Source of the DNA: Candidatus Magasanikiibacteriota bacterium
GTDB lineage: Bacteria; Patescibacteriota; Patescibacteriia; Magasanikbacterales; GWA2-37-8
Assembly: GCA_016182085.1 (NCBI GenBank)
Contig: JACOYB010000004.1
Location: forward strand, 4,250 to 68,249
Reading direction: 5' to 3'
DNA length: 64,000 nucleotides
Positions 47,798 through 57,100 of the stretch are shown here, in pieces. Position 1 is the first letter of the stretch. Every line of letters starts with the position of its first letter. Under the pieces are notes generated by a model that saw only the letters and a program-made list of their open reading frames with translations, searched no databases and was not told the origin of the DNA. The position numbers and the translations under genes were made by a program.

Positions 47798-49630
47798 ATG
47801 GCAAATGAAATATTGGTTCCGCCGGAACAAAAATTCTCGCTGTCTGTAAAATTATTATTAGCCGCGGGCGCAATTCTTGCGGTAGTCGCCGCCGCCGTGG
47901 CGGGTTATTTTTTTGCGCAGAATAAAAATAGTAATAATCAAAAACTTACTGAAAACTCTCTGCAAAATACTTCGTCATCAGTAAATAATCAACCAGTTGA
48001 AGAGGTCGTTAGTCCCACCTCAACTAATAATGCAAATGCTGAACCAATATCTATAAATTTCCCCACCACCTCTTTGCCTCAGGAAATCGCAGCAAAGATT
48101 AATTGGACCCAGCCAAATAAGCTTAACGATCTGCGCTGGTTTGTAGAAAAAAAATCATACGCGCCAGAAAATTCAGAATATGAAGTAATGATTTTAAATG
48201 AGTATTATGAAGTCGGAACCTTTGAGTATAATGGCGAGCGCGGCAGGGTAGTGTTAGTGCAAATTCAGCCCGAGGAACCGAGTTCCCCGTGGTATTTTTA
48301 TATTCTAGATTTCAAAAAACAATTTACAGTGCTGGCAAAATATTCTGGGTTTGACGGATACACTAATAAACAATTTGATTCAAATCCTATTTCAACCTTA
48401 GAGGCACATTTGGCAAACTTTGTTCCGGAAATACAAAAATTAGCAAAAGTAGATTTAAATTTTACTATTCCTGCTCTTGAATTTCCTAAAACCGTAAAGG
48501 GTCCGAAAGAGCGCCAGGTTTTAAATCTTAGAGGAGTTTATCCTCTACAGGAACGCGTTGGTTTCAGTAATGTGACGGTAAAAGCAGAGGTGCCAGTATT
48601 TGTTGATCCTCAACTCGGAATGGTGTATACATCGGCAGTTACCGGAGGTTTTTATGTACATGGTCCAGATGGCACTCGAGCTGCTTACGCACTGGAACCA
48701 GACTTCTTTAATCCAAATAGCGCCCAGGCCCAAATTATTTGGAATGACGGGTCTTGGAATGGGTATGAATATATGTACGGTGACCAGGGAGGTTGCGGCG
48801 CGATGAATTATATTTCGGTTGTTACTTCAACAGATATAACCCTAGCCAATGATTTAGCTGTAGTAGGAAAAAATAGCAAAGGAGATAATATCTATGAGTT
48901 AAAAGACAAAAATCATAGATTATTAAAATCATTTTATAGCGGCGCATATTTCCCTCAGCAGAATGGTTATAAAATAAGTTATGAAGAATTTGTTACATTA
49001 AAACCAATAATATTTTGGGTAGATCCGTTTGGCAGGTTGATTAAAATGACAAATCGACGTTTTATCATTCCGGCTGAATGCGGCAAGCCGGTTATCTATC
49101 TGTATCCGGAAAAGACTACAAATGTATCGGTGCGTGTTGAACCAAAAGGCGGCATGAGTGTTTCTGATCCGTTTTATAATGGGGGTTGGGAAGTTATGGC
49201 CGAACCAAGTGGACAGCTAACAGAATTAAAATCAAACAAAAAATATCCGTATCTTTTTTGGGAAGGCCAGGGCGATTTATATCAGCAACCCGAACAAGGA
49301 TTTATTATGAAACGAGAAGATGTTGGCAGTGAGTTGCCAAAGAAACTGGCTCGGCTTGGGCTAAACACAGCCGAGATAAAAGACTTTATGGAATTTTGGC
49401 ATCCGCGTATGCAGGAAAAGCCATATTATTTTGTAACGTTTTTAGGCACTCAGCAAATGAATCAGCTAGCGCCTCTAACTGTTTCTCCGAGTCCTGATAC
49501 AGTCGTAAGAATTCTTATGGATTTTACTCCGCTTGACCAGCCAAAAAAGGTATTGCCATTGCCACTCGGCCGTACACCAGAGCGGAAAGGATTTACCGTG
49601 ATTGAATGGGGCGGGGTCATTAGAAAATAA
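47798..49630 (+). CDS. Hypothetical membrane-anchored extracytoplasmic protein (610 aa)
   Basis: N-terminal TM; no known domain recognised. Confidence 0.5.
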   Translation: MANEILVPPEQKFSLSVKLLLAAGAILAVVAAAVAGYFFAQNKNSNNQKLTENSLQNTSSSVNNQPVEEVVSPTSTNNANAEPISINFPTTSLPQEIAAKINWTQPNKLNDLRWFVEKKSYAPENSEYEVMILNEYYEVGTFEYNGERGRVVLVQIQPEEPSSPWYFYILDFKKQFTVLAKYSGFDGYTNKQFDSNPISTLEAHLANFVPEIQKLAKVDLNFTIPALEFPKTVKGPKERQVLNLRGVYPLQERVGFSNVTVKAEVPVFVDPQLGMVYTSAVTGGFYVHGPDGTRAAYALEPDFFNPNSAQAQIIWNDGSWNGYEYMYGDQGGCGAMNYISVVTSTDITLANDLAVVGKNSKGDNIYELKDKNHRLLKSFYSGAYFPQQNGYKISYEEFVTLKPIIFWVDPFGRLIKMTNRRFIIPAECGKPVIYLYPEKTTNVSVRVEPKGGMSVSDPFYNGGWEVMAEPSGQLTELKSNKKYPYLFWEGQGDLYQQPEQGFIMKREDVGSELPKKLARLGLNTAEIKDFMEFWHPRMQEKPYYFVTFLGTQQMNQLAPLTVSPSPDTVVRILMDFTPLDQPKKVLPLPLGRTPERKGFTVIEWGGVIRK

Positions 49631-49639
49631 TTCCACGTT

Positions 49640-51460
49640 ATGTCTGTTAAAACCAAGTTGCTAATCTATATTGTTGTCATAGCGTTGCTGGCAACAATAG
49701 GGGCGGCGCTTGGTTTTTGGTTTTATAATAATAGCAGTTTTGCATCTCTACCTTCCTTCGTTAAGGAGACTTCTCAAGAAGAATCCCAGATGCACAGGGC
49801 TTATTCCATGGACGAAGGATTCTATAGTGTTTTCTTTGCCAATAATAAACAAACAAAAAATATTGAAGAGAAAGTTGTGTCGGCAGTGGTGCCGCATCAT
49901 TTAATTGCCGGACAATTTATCGGTTCTTTTTTTAATAGTATGGCAGGGCAAAAGCCGGATACGGTCGTTATTATCGGTCCGAATCATAAACAGGTAGGAA
50001 ATAGTTCTGTTATTACCAGTAATTTGTCTTGGCAAACTCCGTATGGCACTTTAAACACAAATAAAAAGTTAATTAATAAAATTATTGCTACCAATATTGC
50101 TTCTTCACATCAAGAAGTTATGGGTGATGAGCATAGTATTTCCAGCCTCGTGCCATTTGTAAAAAAAACTTGGCCTAAAGCCATGGTGGTGCCAATTATT
50201 TTAAAAAATAATGCTAAAGGCTCGGATTTAGATAGATTAGTTGAGACGTTGTCAGATTCAAAAGAAAAAATTTTAGTCTTGGCCAGTGTTGACTTCTCAC
50301 ACTATTTGCCGCAATCAGTCGCGGATTTTCATGACGCGCTCTCTATAAATACCTTAGAAAGCGGCAGTTTCCAAAATTTGCGTGAACTGGAAATAGACAG
50401 TCAGCCAAGTTTGTATGCATTATTAAAATATAATGAATATAAAAAATCACAAGCCTTTACTTTGCTGTCTCATACAAATAGCGGCGAAATTATTGGTAAA
50501 GATATAAGCGATACCACCAGTCATATCATTGGATACTATAGGGGCGGCGCCCCCGGTAAAAAACCGGCTGCTTCGGTGCAGTTTTTTGGCGATATTATGC
50601 TTGATCGCGAAGTGGCTAAAGTGATGGGCAAGACCGGGCTAAATTATATATTCAAAAATTTGCGCGCCGAAGAAGATAGATTTTTTCAAGGAATGCATAT
50701 GCTTGTGGCAAATTTGGAAGGCCCGTTTGCGCCAGCGCGAGTGTCTACAACCAAATCAATCGCGTTTCGGTTTGATCCAAAACTGGCAGGAGAGTTAAAG
50801 TCGCATGGCTTTGATGCATTTAGTCTAGCCAATAATCATAGCATGGACATGGGTCGAAAGAATGTTGAGTTTACCAGAGGAGTATTAAATCAAAATGGGT
50901 TTGGTTATTTTGGCGATGAGTATAATCAAGGTTTAGAGTATTCGTATATTGCCGGAGAAGAAAAAAATTTGCCATTTAACATAGCTTTTATTGGTTTAAA
51001 TTTTACCGAAGGGCCCTTGGATATGGTTAAAGTTAAAGAAGCTATAGATGATGCTAGCATGCAAGCCAAGTTTGTAGTCATTAATATTCATTGGGGAGAA
51101 GAATACAAGCGTAATTCCAATAAAAGCCAGCAAGATTTGGCCCACCAATTGATTGATTGGGGCGCGGACGTAATCATTGGCCATCATCCTCATGTGGTTC
51201 AGGAAGTGGAAGTATATAAGGATAAGTACATTTTTTATTCCTTGGGAAATTTTATTTTTGATCAGTATTTTTCTAAAGATACTCAAGAGGGCATGAGCGT
51301 TGGTTTAATTTTACAAGATGATGGTGGGGTAAAAGTCCATATTATTCCTTTTTTCTCCAAAAGATCCCAGGTGCAGGTGATGACTGGAGCGCAGAAAGAG
51401 GAGTTTTTTAAATGGATGAAGGAAAATAGCAGAATGGGGAGTTCTTCTTTTAGGTTTTAA
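49640..51460 (+). CDS. Membrane-anchored fusion of a Memo-like (MEMO1/AmmeMemoRadiSam protein B family) domain and a CapA/PGA_cap metallophosphatase-fold domain
   Basis: N-terminal TM; ..VVPHHLIAG..VVIIGPNH..WQTPYG..EHSISSLVPFV..SVDFSHY resembles Memo fold; C-terminal ..FFGDIMLDR..SLANNHSMDMG..IHWGEEY..IIGHHPHVVQ..YSLGNFIFDQ is the CapA signature. Confidence 0.65.
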   Translation: MSVKTKLLIYIVVIALLATIGAALGFWFYNNSSFASLPSFVKETSQEESQMHRAYSMDEGFYSVFFANNKQTKNIEEKVVSAVVPHHLIAGQFIGSFFNSMAGQKPDTVVIIGPNHKQVGNSSVITSNLSWQTPYGTLNTNKKLINKIIATNIASSHQEVMGDEHSISSLVPFVKKTWPKAMVVPIILKNNAKGSDLDRLVETLSDSKEKILVLASVDFSHYLPQSVADFHDALSINTLESGSFQNLRELEIDSQPSLYALLKYNEYKKSQAFTLLSHTNSGEIIGKDISDTTSHIIGYYRGGAPGKKPAASVQFFGDIMLDREVAKVMGKTGLNYIFKNLRAEEDRFFQGMHMLVANLEGPFAPARVSTTKSIAFRFDPKLAGELKSHGFDAFSLANNHSMDMGRKNVEFTRGVLNQNGFGYFGDEYNQGLEYSYIAGEEKNLPFNIAFIGLNFTEGPLDMVKVKEAIDDASMQAKFVVINIHWGEEYKRNSNKSQQDLAHQLIDWGADVIIGHHPHVVQEVEVYKDKYIFYSLGNFIFDQYFSKDTQEGMSVGLILQDDGGVKVHIIPFFSKRSQVQVMTGAQKEEFFKWMKENSRMGSSSFRF

Positions 51461-51547
51461 ATAATTTAATACCTGTTGATTTTTCATTAAAGGGACGGTA
51501 AAATTATGTAAAGCTTTTATACTTAAATCCTATTAAATTTTTATCCT

Positions 51548-52564
51548 ATGGATAAAGAACGGCAATTTCTTGACCCTGTCGATCTCGAATTTGACGAACC
51601 GCCAGAAGGGCAAGAACAAGAACCTCTTCCTGTAAATCCTCGGATCGAAAGTCTGCACAGAGATTTTCGTGTCGTGGAATCTAATATAGTTAAATTTAAA
51701 AAGCGCATCGATAAATTTGAAGGGGACGGTGGTAGGCAGGTAGGTGAGGTCATTAGAGATCTTCTATCAATAAAAGGTATTGTAGAAAAAGACCCAAGCA
51801 GTCTTTCGGAAGATGAGTGGCAAAAGTTTAGGGAAATATCTACTAAGATCGGAATTGGCTTTTATCGTTTTGAAAAAGAATATGATGATATTTGTAAATG
51901 GGCGGATTTGTTGGCTAGACAAGACACGGGCATAGGAAGTCAATTAGAGGCTCTTAGGGGGTTTGAACTAGAAAGTGAATTTGCAGAATTAGAGAAAATG
52001 GTTAACGAACAACATAACAAACATTTTCAACCAGCCTTTGAACAAGGCGCAGGAGTGCTAGAGAAGAATGGTCAATTTTTACAAGAAATTAGAGCGGCGT
52101 CTGAAATGTTCAGGAGTTTTGTTGCAAATGCGCGCCTACTTTTAGATGCTCTGCCACAGAGATTAGATGGATTACGTGCTCGTGCGGCTGCAGAGAGTGA
52201 CAAAGAAAGCGCCGACATAGAATTATTGGATTTACAGAAGAAATTGGATAAAATTTTATTAAAATATACAAGTACATTAAGACTTGTGCTTTTGAAATTA
52301 ACTAGAAGAATAAAGGAGGACGACGAGATGACTAAAAGAGACGAAAGCCGTTTCAAGCAGTTAGAAGCTGCGAAAGCAGAAAAAACTAAAGCGTCAAGAG
52401 AGATAGAACGTGAATTCCGCTCGTTGAAGCAATTACAAAGGCAGTTGGAGTATGTGGTAGGTGCAAGTAAGGAGGGCGCAAAAAGAAAAATGAAGCACGA
52501 TCAACCAACCCTATATGATAACTACATTGATTTTGTGGAAAGTTTTGCTAAGGAAGCAGTTTAG
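51548..52564 (+). CDS. Hypothetical cytoplasmic coiled-coil protein
   Basis: Acidic N-terminus, heptad-rich. Confidence 0.45.
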   Translation: MDKERQFLDPVDLEFDEPPEGQEQEPLPVNPRIESLHRDFRVVESNIVKFKKRIDKFEGDGGRQVGEVIRDLLSIKGIVEKDPSSLSEDEWQKFREISTKIGIGFYRFEKEYDDICKWADLLARQDTGIGSQLEALRGFELESEFAELEKMVNEQHNKHFQPAFEQGAGVLEKNGQFLQEIRAASEMFRSFVANARLLLDALPQRLDGLRARAAAESDKESADIELLDLQKKLDKILLKYTSTLRLVLLKLTRRIKEDDEMTKRDESRFKQLEAAKAEKTKASREIEREFRSLKQLQRQLEYVVGASKEGAKRKMKHDQPTLYDNYIDFVESFAKEAV

Positions 52565-52640
52565 TTATTTTGCAATTTTACTAAAAATTTCTACATACTA
52601 AGTTATTTTAAGAGGAAGAATAAAATTTAACTTTTTCCTC

Positions 52641-52669
52641 TTGATTTTTTATCTTAAAAATGGTATAAT
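52641..52669 (+). promoter_or_regulatory. Promoter TTGATT-17-TGgTATAAT (extended -10) for the yebC-ruvC operon
   Basis: Seen directly. Confidence 0.5.
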
Positions 52670-52741
52670 CATATTGTTAGATGAAAATTTTTGAAGAAAT
52701 GATGAGCAGTTCATTGCAGGGCAAGGAGTAAATGAAGTTAT

Positions 52742-52822
52742 ATGAGTGGACACAGTAAATGGCACCCCGGTAGCAGATCCGCACGGGCGGCTCGCTACGG
52801 GGTAGGCGTACTGAATTTGTAG
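52742..52822 (+). pseudogene. Short ORF in the yebC leader that re-encodes the first 8 aa of YebC (MSGHSKWH) with different codons, then a GC-rich structured tail
   Basis: ATG AGT GGA CAC AGT AAA TGG CAC versus downstream ATG TCC GGT CAT TCA AAA TGG CAT at 52856. Confidence 0.4.
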
Positions 52823-52855
52823 ATATCCTGCTTAATCAGAATTGCATAACATAAT

Positions 52856-53569
52856 ATGTCCGGTCATTCAAAATGGCATAACATTCAGGCAAGGAAAGGA
52901 AAGCAGGACGCGCTGCGAAGCGGACAATTTACCAAAGTTTCTAAACTTATCACGATTGCCGCCAAAAGCGGCAGCGATTCGGCAACAAATTTCTCCTTAC
53001 GCTTGGCCATGGAAAAAGCCAAAGAGGTGGGAATGCCGAAAGATAATGTAGAACGCGCGATAAAACGGGGTACCGGCGAGCTCGCTGGCGACCAAATAGA
53101 AGAAACCCTTTATGAAGGATATGGACCGGGAGGGGTGGCAATCCTTATAAAGTGCCTAACTGACAATAAAAATCGCACCGTTTCCGATATTAAACATATA
53201 TTATCAAAACACGGCGGATCAATGGCCGGAGCCGGAAGCGTAATGTGGATGTTCCAGCAGCTTGGTGTTATAACACTAGAAAAAGATAAAATAACCAATA
53301 AAGATGATTTTGAACTGCAAATGATAGAAGCAGGGGCTGAAGATATGGTAGAAGATGGGGAGTTGGAGATACGAACAAAAATAGATAATCTTCAAAAAGT
53401 TTTGGCTAAGATAAAAGAAATAGCGTTGGAACCGAAAGAATCAAGTTTGCAATGGATAGCCAAAGATACAGTGCCGGTAAATCAAGAAGTTGCGGAAAAA
53501 TTAGAGAAATTATTTGCGGAATTTGAGGAAAATGATGATGTAGAAAATTATTTTACCAATGCCCAATAG
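52856..53569 (+). CDS. yebC: YebC/PmpR-family DNA-binding protein
   Basis: MSGHSKWHNIQARKGKQDA.. N-terminus and full-length family match. Confidence 0.9.
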   Translation: MSGHSKWHNIQARKGKQDALRSGQFTKVSKLITIAAKSGSDSATNFSLRLAMEKAKEVGMPKDNVERAIKRGTGELAGDQIEETLYEGYGPGGVAILIKCLTDNKNRTVSDIKHILSKHGGSMAGAGSVMWMFQQLGVITLEKDKITNKDDFELQMIEAGAEDMVEDGELEIRTKIDNLQKVLAKIKEIALEPKESSLQWIAKDTVPVNQEVAEKLEKLFAEFEENDDVENYFTNAQ

Positions 53570-53578
53570 TAAAGCCAT

Positions 53579-54079
53579 ATGAAAGAGGAAGTTATATTGG
53601 GAATAGACCCGGGATTTGGCAGAATGGGGTATGGCATAATTAAAAAAAATAAGAAAGGCGAGTGGGATGCAATGGGGTATGGATGTATAGAAACATCCGG
53701 CAAGTACAGCTTTGTCCAAAGATTAGCTCAAATACACCAGGCACTTTTAAAAATTATTGATACATATAAACCCACAAGAATGGCCGTGGAAGAGTTATTC
53801 TTTTTCAAGAACGCTAAAACAGCCATTGAAGTGGGGCAGGCCAGAGGGGTAATACTCCTTACAGGAATTGAAAGTAATTTAGCCATAGATGAGTTTACGC
53901 CGCTGGAAGTAAAACAAGCCATGACCGGGTACGGCCGGGCCGAAAAGAGGCAGATGCAGAAAATCGTGGCAATGGTCCTTAATATAAAAGATAAAATAAA
54001 ATCCGATGATGCAGCCGACGCTTTGGCGGTAGCCATTTGCGCTGGTCAAAGTTTATGGGTAAAAAAGCTGAATAAATAA
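53579..54079 (+). CDS. ruvC: Crossover junction endodeoxyribonuclease RuvC
   Basis: ILGIDPGFGRMGYG N-terminus, conserved acidic residues; yebC-ruvC synteny. Confidence 0.88.
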   Translation: MKEEVILGIDPGFGRMGYGIIKKNKKGEWDAMGYGCIETSGKYSFVQRLAQIHQALLKIIDTYKPTRMAVEELFFFKNAKTAIEVGQARGVILLTGIESNLAIDEFTPLEVKQAMTGYGRAEKRQMQKIVAMVLNIKDKIKSDDAADALAVAICAGQSLWVKKLNK

Positions 54080-54144
54080 CATATATACTCATTCGCTCGG
54101 AAATAATCAAACACATTTGATTATTTCTCTCACTCATTTCGTAT

Positions 54145-57100
54145 ATGAAAAAACGCCTGGGTTTTTCCCTCCTCATCGCCGCATTTAGCTTGGCGATCTA
54201 TGTATCTTTTTTGGCTCCAAGCAAAGTTGCGGCTGATTCAAATCTGGTTGAAGACCCGGGCTTTGAAACGAGCATGTCTAACTTTGAACCAAATCAAGAC
54301 GGTACATCCGTATCTCTTACGAGCATTAGTCCAATTAACGGATCCCGAAGTTTGGTAGTTGGCACTACTGGTTATGGTGATAGTGTATTATGGCAAGGCC
54401 GGGATATTTCTACCTTTGCTACCAAAAGATCAAATCAATTTACCGCTTCAGTGCGTATTCGTTCCACCGTTGGTTCGGCTTCAGAGATTTCTTTTTGCGG
54501 TTTGGTAGATTACGCAACTGGCGAAGGCGTTCGCAATTGTAAAGAAGTAACAGGTTCGGTTGGTGACAAAGGCACAGTCAATCTTTCCTTTGCTCTTGAT
54601 AACAGCCGAGATTTAGACAGAGTCCGTGTTGGTATTTTCCAAGAAGGAAGCGCCGCCTTACGTGAAGTTTTAATTGATGACTTGTCAGTGATATTAACCG
54701 GTATTTCCATCGGTTCGCCAGCTCCTACTCCGGTAAATGGTGCGTGTGGATCTTCAAATAACGCCACTGTTGCCAGCGCTCCAACCACCAACCTCTGTTC
54801 ATCCGGTTCTGCCAGCACGGTTGCGGGTTCCGGTCCATGGACTTGGAGCTGCGCCGGATCAAATGGCGGTACAACCGCCAGCTGCAGCGCTCAAATGATT
54901 TCTACTTCAAATCCAGTAAATGGTACTTGCGGCGCGGCTAATAACACCCAAGTTTCTTCAGCTCCAACTAACTATCTGTGTTCATCGGGTACAGCCAGTA
55001 CTGTTTCTGGTTCCGGCCCATGGACATGGAGTTGTTCGGGTACAAACGGTGGTACCAACTCTAGTTGTAGCGCTCAAACAATTACTACCCAAAATCCAGT
55101 AAACGGTGTTTGCGGCTCGGCTAATAATACAACAGTTTCAACAGCCCCAACGACTGGTCTTTGTTCCGTTGGCTCAGCCAGCACGGTGGCCGGTTCCGGC
55201 CCATGGACATGGAGCTGCGCCGGTCAAAACGGCGGCACAACCGGTAGTTGTAGCGCTCAAAAAACTATTTCTTCCACACCGCCGCCTGTTTCAAGCGCAA
55301 ATAATTTAATTGAAGAACCTAGTTTTGAAACCACTCTTTCTAATTTTGAACCAAATCAAGCCGGCACCTCTGTTAATGTTACAAATGTTAATCCCATTAG
55401 CGGCGCTAGAAGTTTATCTATAACTACCGGCGGCTACGGCGATAGTATTCTTTGGGCAGGCCGGGACATTTCTACTTTTACTACCAAAAGATCTTCTCAA
55501 TTTACCGGTTCTATCCGTATTCGTTCTACCGTTGCTTCTGCCTCCGAAATTTCATTCTGCGGTTTAGTTGATTACGCAACCGGATCCGGCGTACGTAATT
55601 GTACTAATGTTAGTGGTTCTGTTGGCGATAAAGGTACAGTTAATCTTTCCTTTGCTCTTGATAGCGCTCGTGATTTAGACAGGGTCCGTGTTGGTATTTT
55701 CCAAGAAGGCAGCTCTCCTCTTAGAGCAGTTATGCTTGATGATGCTTCCGTAGTTTTAGCAGGTATTTCTCCTCCGATTCCAGTAAGCGGAGCTTGCGGA
55801 TCATCTAATAACACCACTCTTTCATCTGCCCCAACTACCAATCTTTGTGCCAGTGGCAGCCCGAGCTCTGTATCCGGTTCGGGTCCTTGGAGTTGGACAT
55901 GTAATGGTTCAAATGGCGGCACTACTGCTAGCTGTACTGCCCAAAGAACTATTACCCAAACTCCGGTAAATGGCGTATGTGGTTCAGCCAATAACACAAC
56001 AGTTTCAACTGCTCCAACTACCAATCTGTGTTCTTCCGGTTCTGCCAGCACGGTTGCCGGTTCTGGCCCATGGACTTGGTCTTGCGCCGGTTCAAATGGC
56101 GGCACAACCGGTAATTGTAGCGCTCAGCTTTCCGGATCAACTACAATTCCACCTTCAACTAGATTTACAATCGGTCAACGCGTGCAAACAACAGCTAATT
56201 TAAATGTTAGAGCCACTCCAAATACCGCAGGTACTTTGCTTGGCACACAAACTTCCGGTTCGTTAGGCACAGTAACAGGCGGGCCAGTAGCCCAGGGAGG
56301 CTATAATTGGTGGGGTATAAACTACGATGCGGGAGCAGACGGATATTCGGTAGAAAATTTCTTAACCGCCTATTCATCTCCAAATCCTCCTCCAACTCCT
56401 CCACCGGGCGGCGCCATAACTTATCCGGCCTTTAATTTAAACGATCCGGCAGATGCCCCGCTTATTAAATTTGCAGAAACATGGGCAAGAAATTGGAATT
56501 TTGAAGGACATAATGTTGATCCTAACTTTAGCGGCAATAGCGGCAATTGGAATTATACCGAAACCACTTATGAGCCATGGCTTTTTGATCGTGCTTCCGT
56601 TGGTTACTATTTATATAAAAGAACTACCGACCCTACGCAAAAAGCTCGCTGGTATCAGCAATTTTTATCCGACTTTGCTTATTATAGAAATCATATAGAT
56701 TCAGCCGGTATATTTACTCCAAAAGGATATGGCGATACAAAATATAGTTATATCACTCCATTCTTACTTTACGAAAAAGAAACCGGAGACACTCAATATC
56801 GTCCAATTGCCCAAAGAATCTATAATGCATGGATGAGTGATTTTAGTAGCACATATTCACCAAATGGAAACGATCTTTGGACAGAACGTGAAATTGGTCT
56901 GGCTTTGGAAGCGGCCGTGTCTTGGTACGAAATTACTGGTGATTCTTCCGCGCTTACTCGCGCCAATGCTTTGATATCTCAATGGACTGTGGTGGCCAAC
57001 GCAGGCGGAGGCGTACCTCTTACTACCGTAGATCGCCATGAAGGTGGCGGAGGAACACAACTCATCACAAGTCCTTGGATGAGTGGATTATACTTCCAAG

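Noticed and set aside
52610-52650. Terminator hairpin AAGAGGAA..TTCCTCTT after the coiled-coil gene
   Set aside because: Loop is 17 nt and the T-run overlaps the yebC -35; weak, not listed as a feature.
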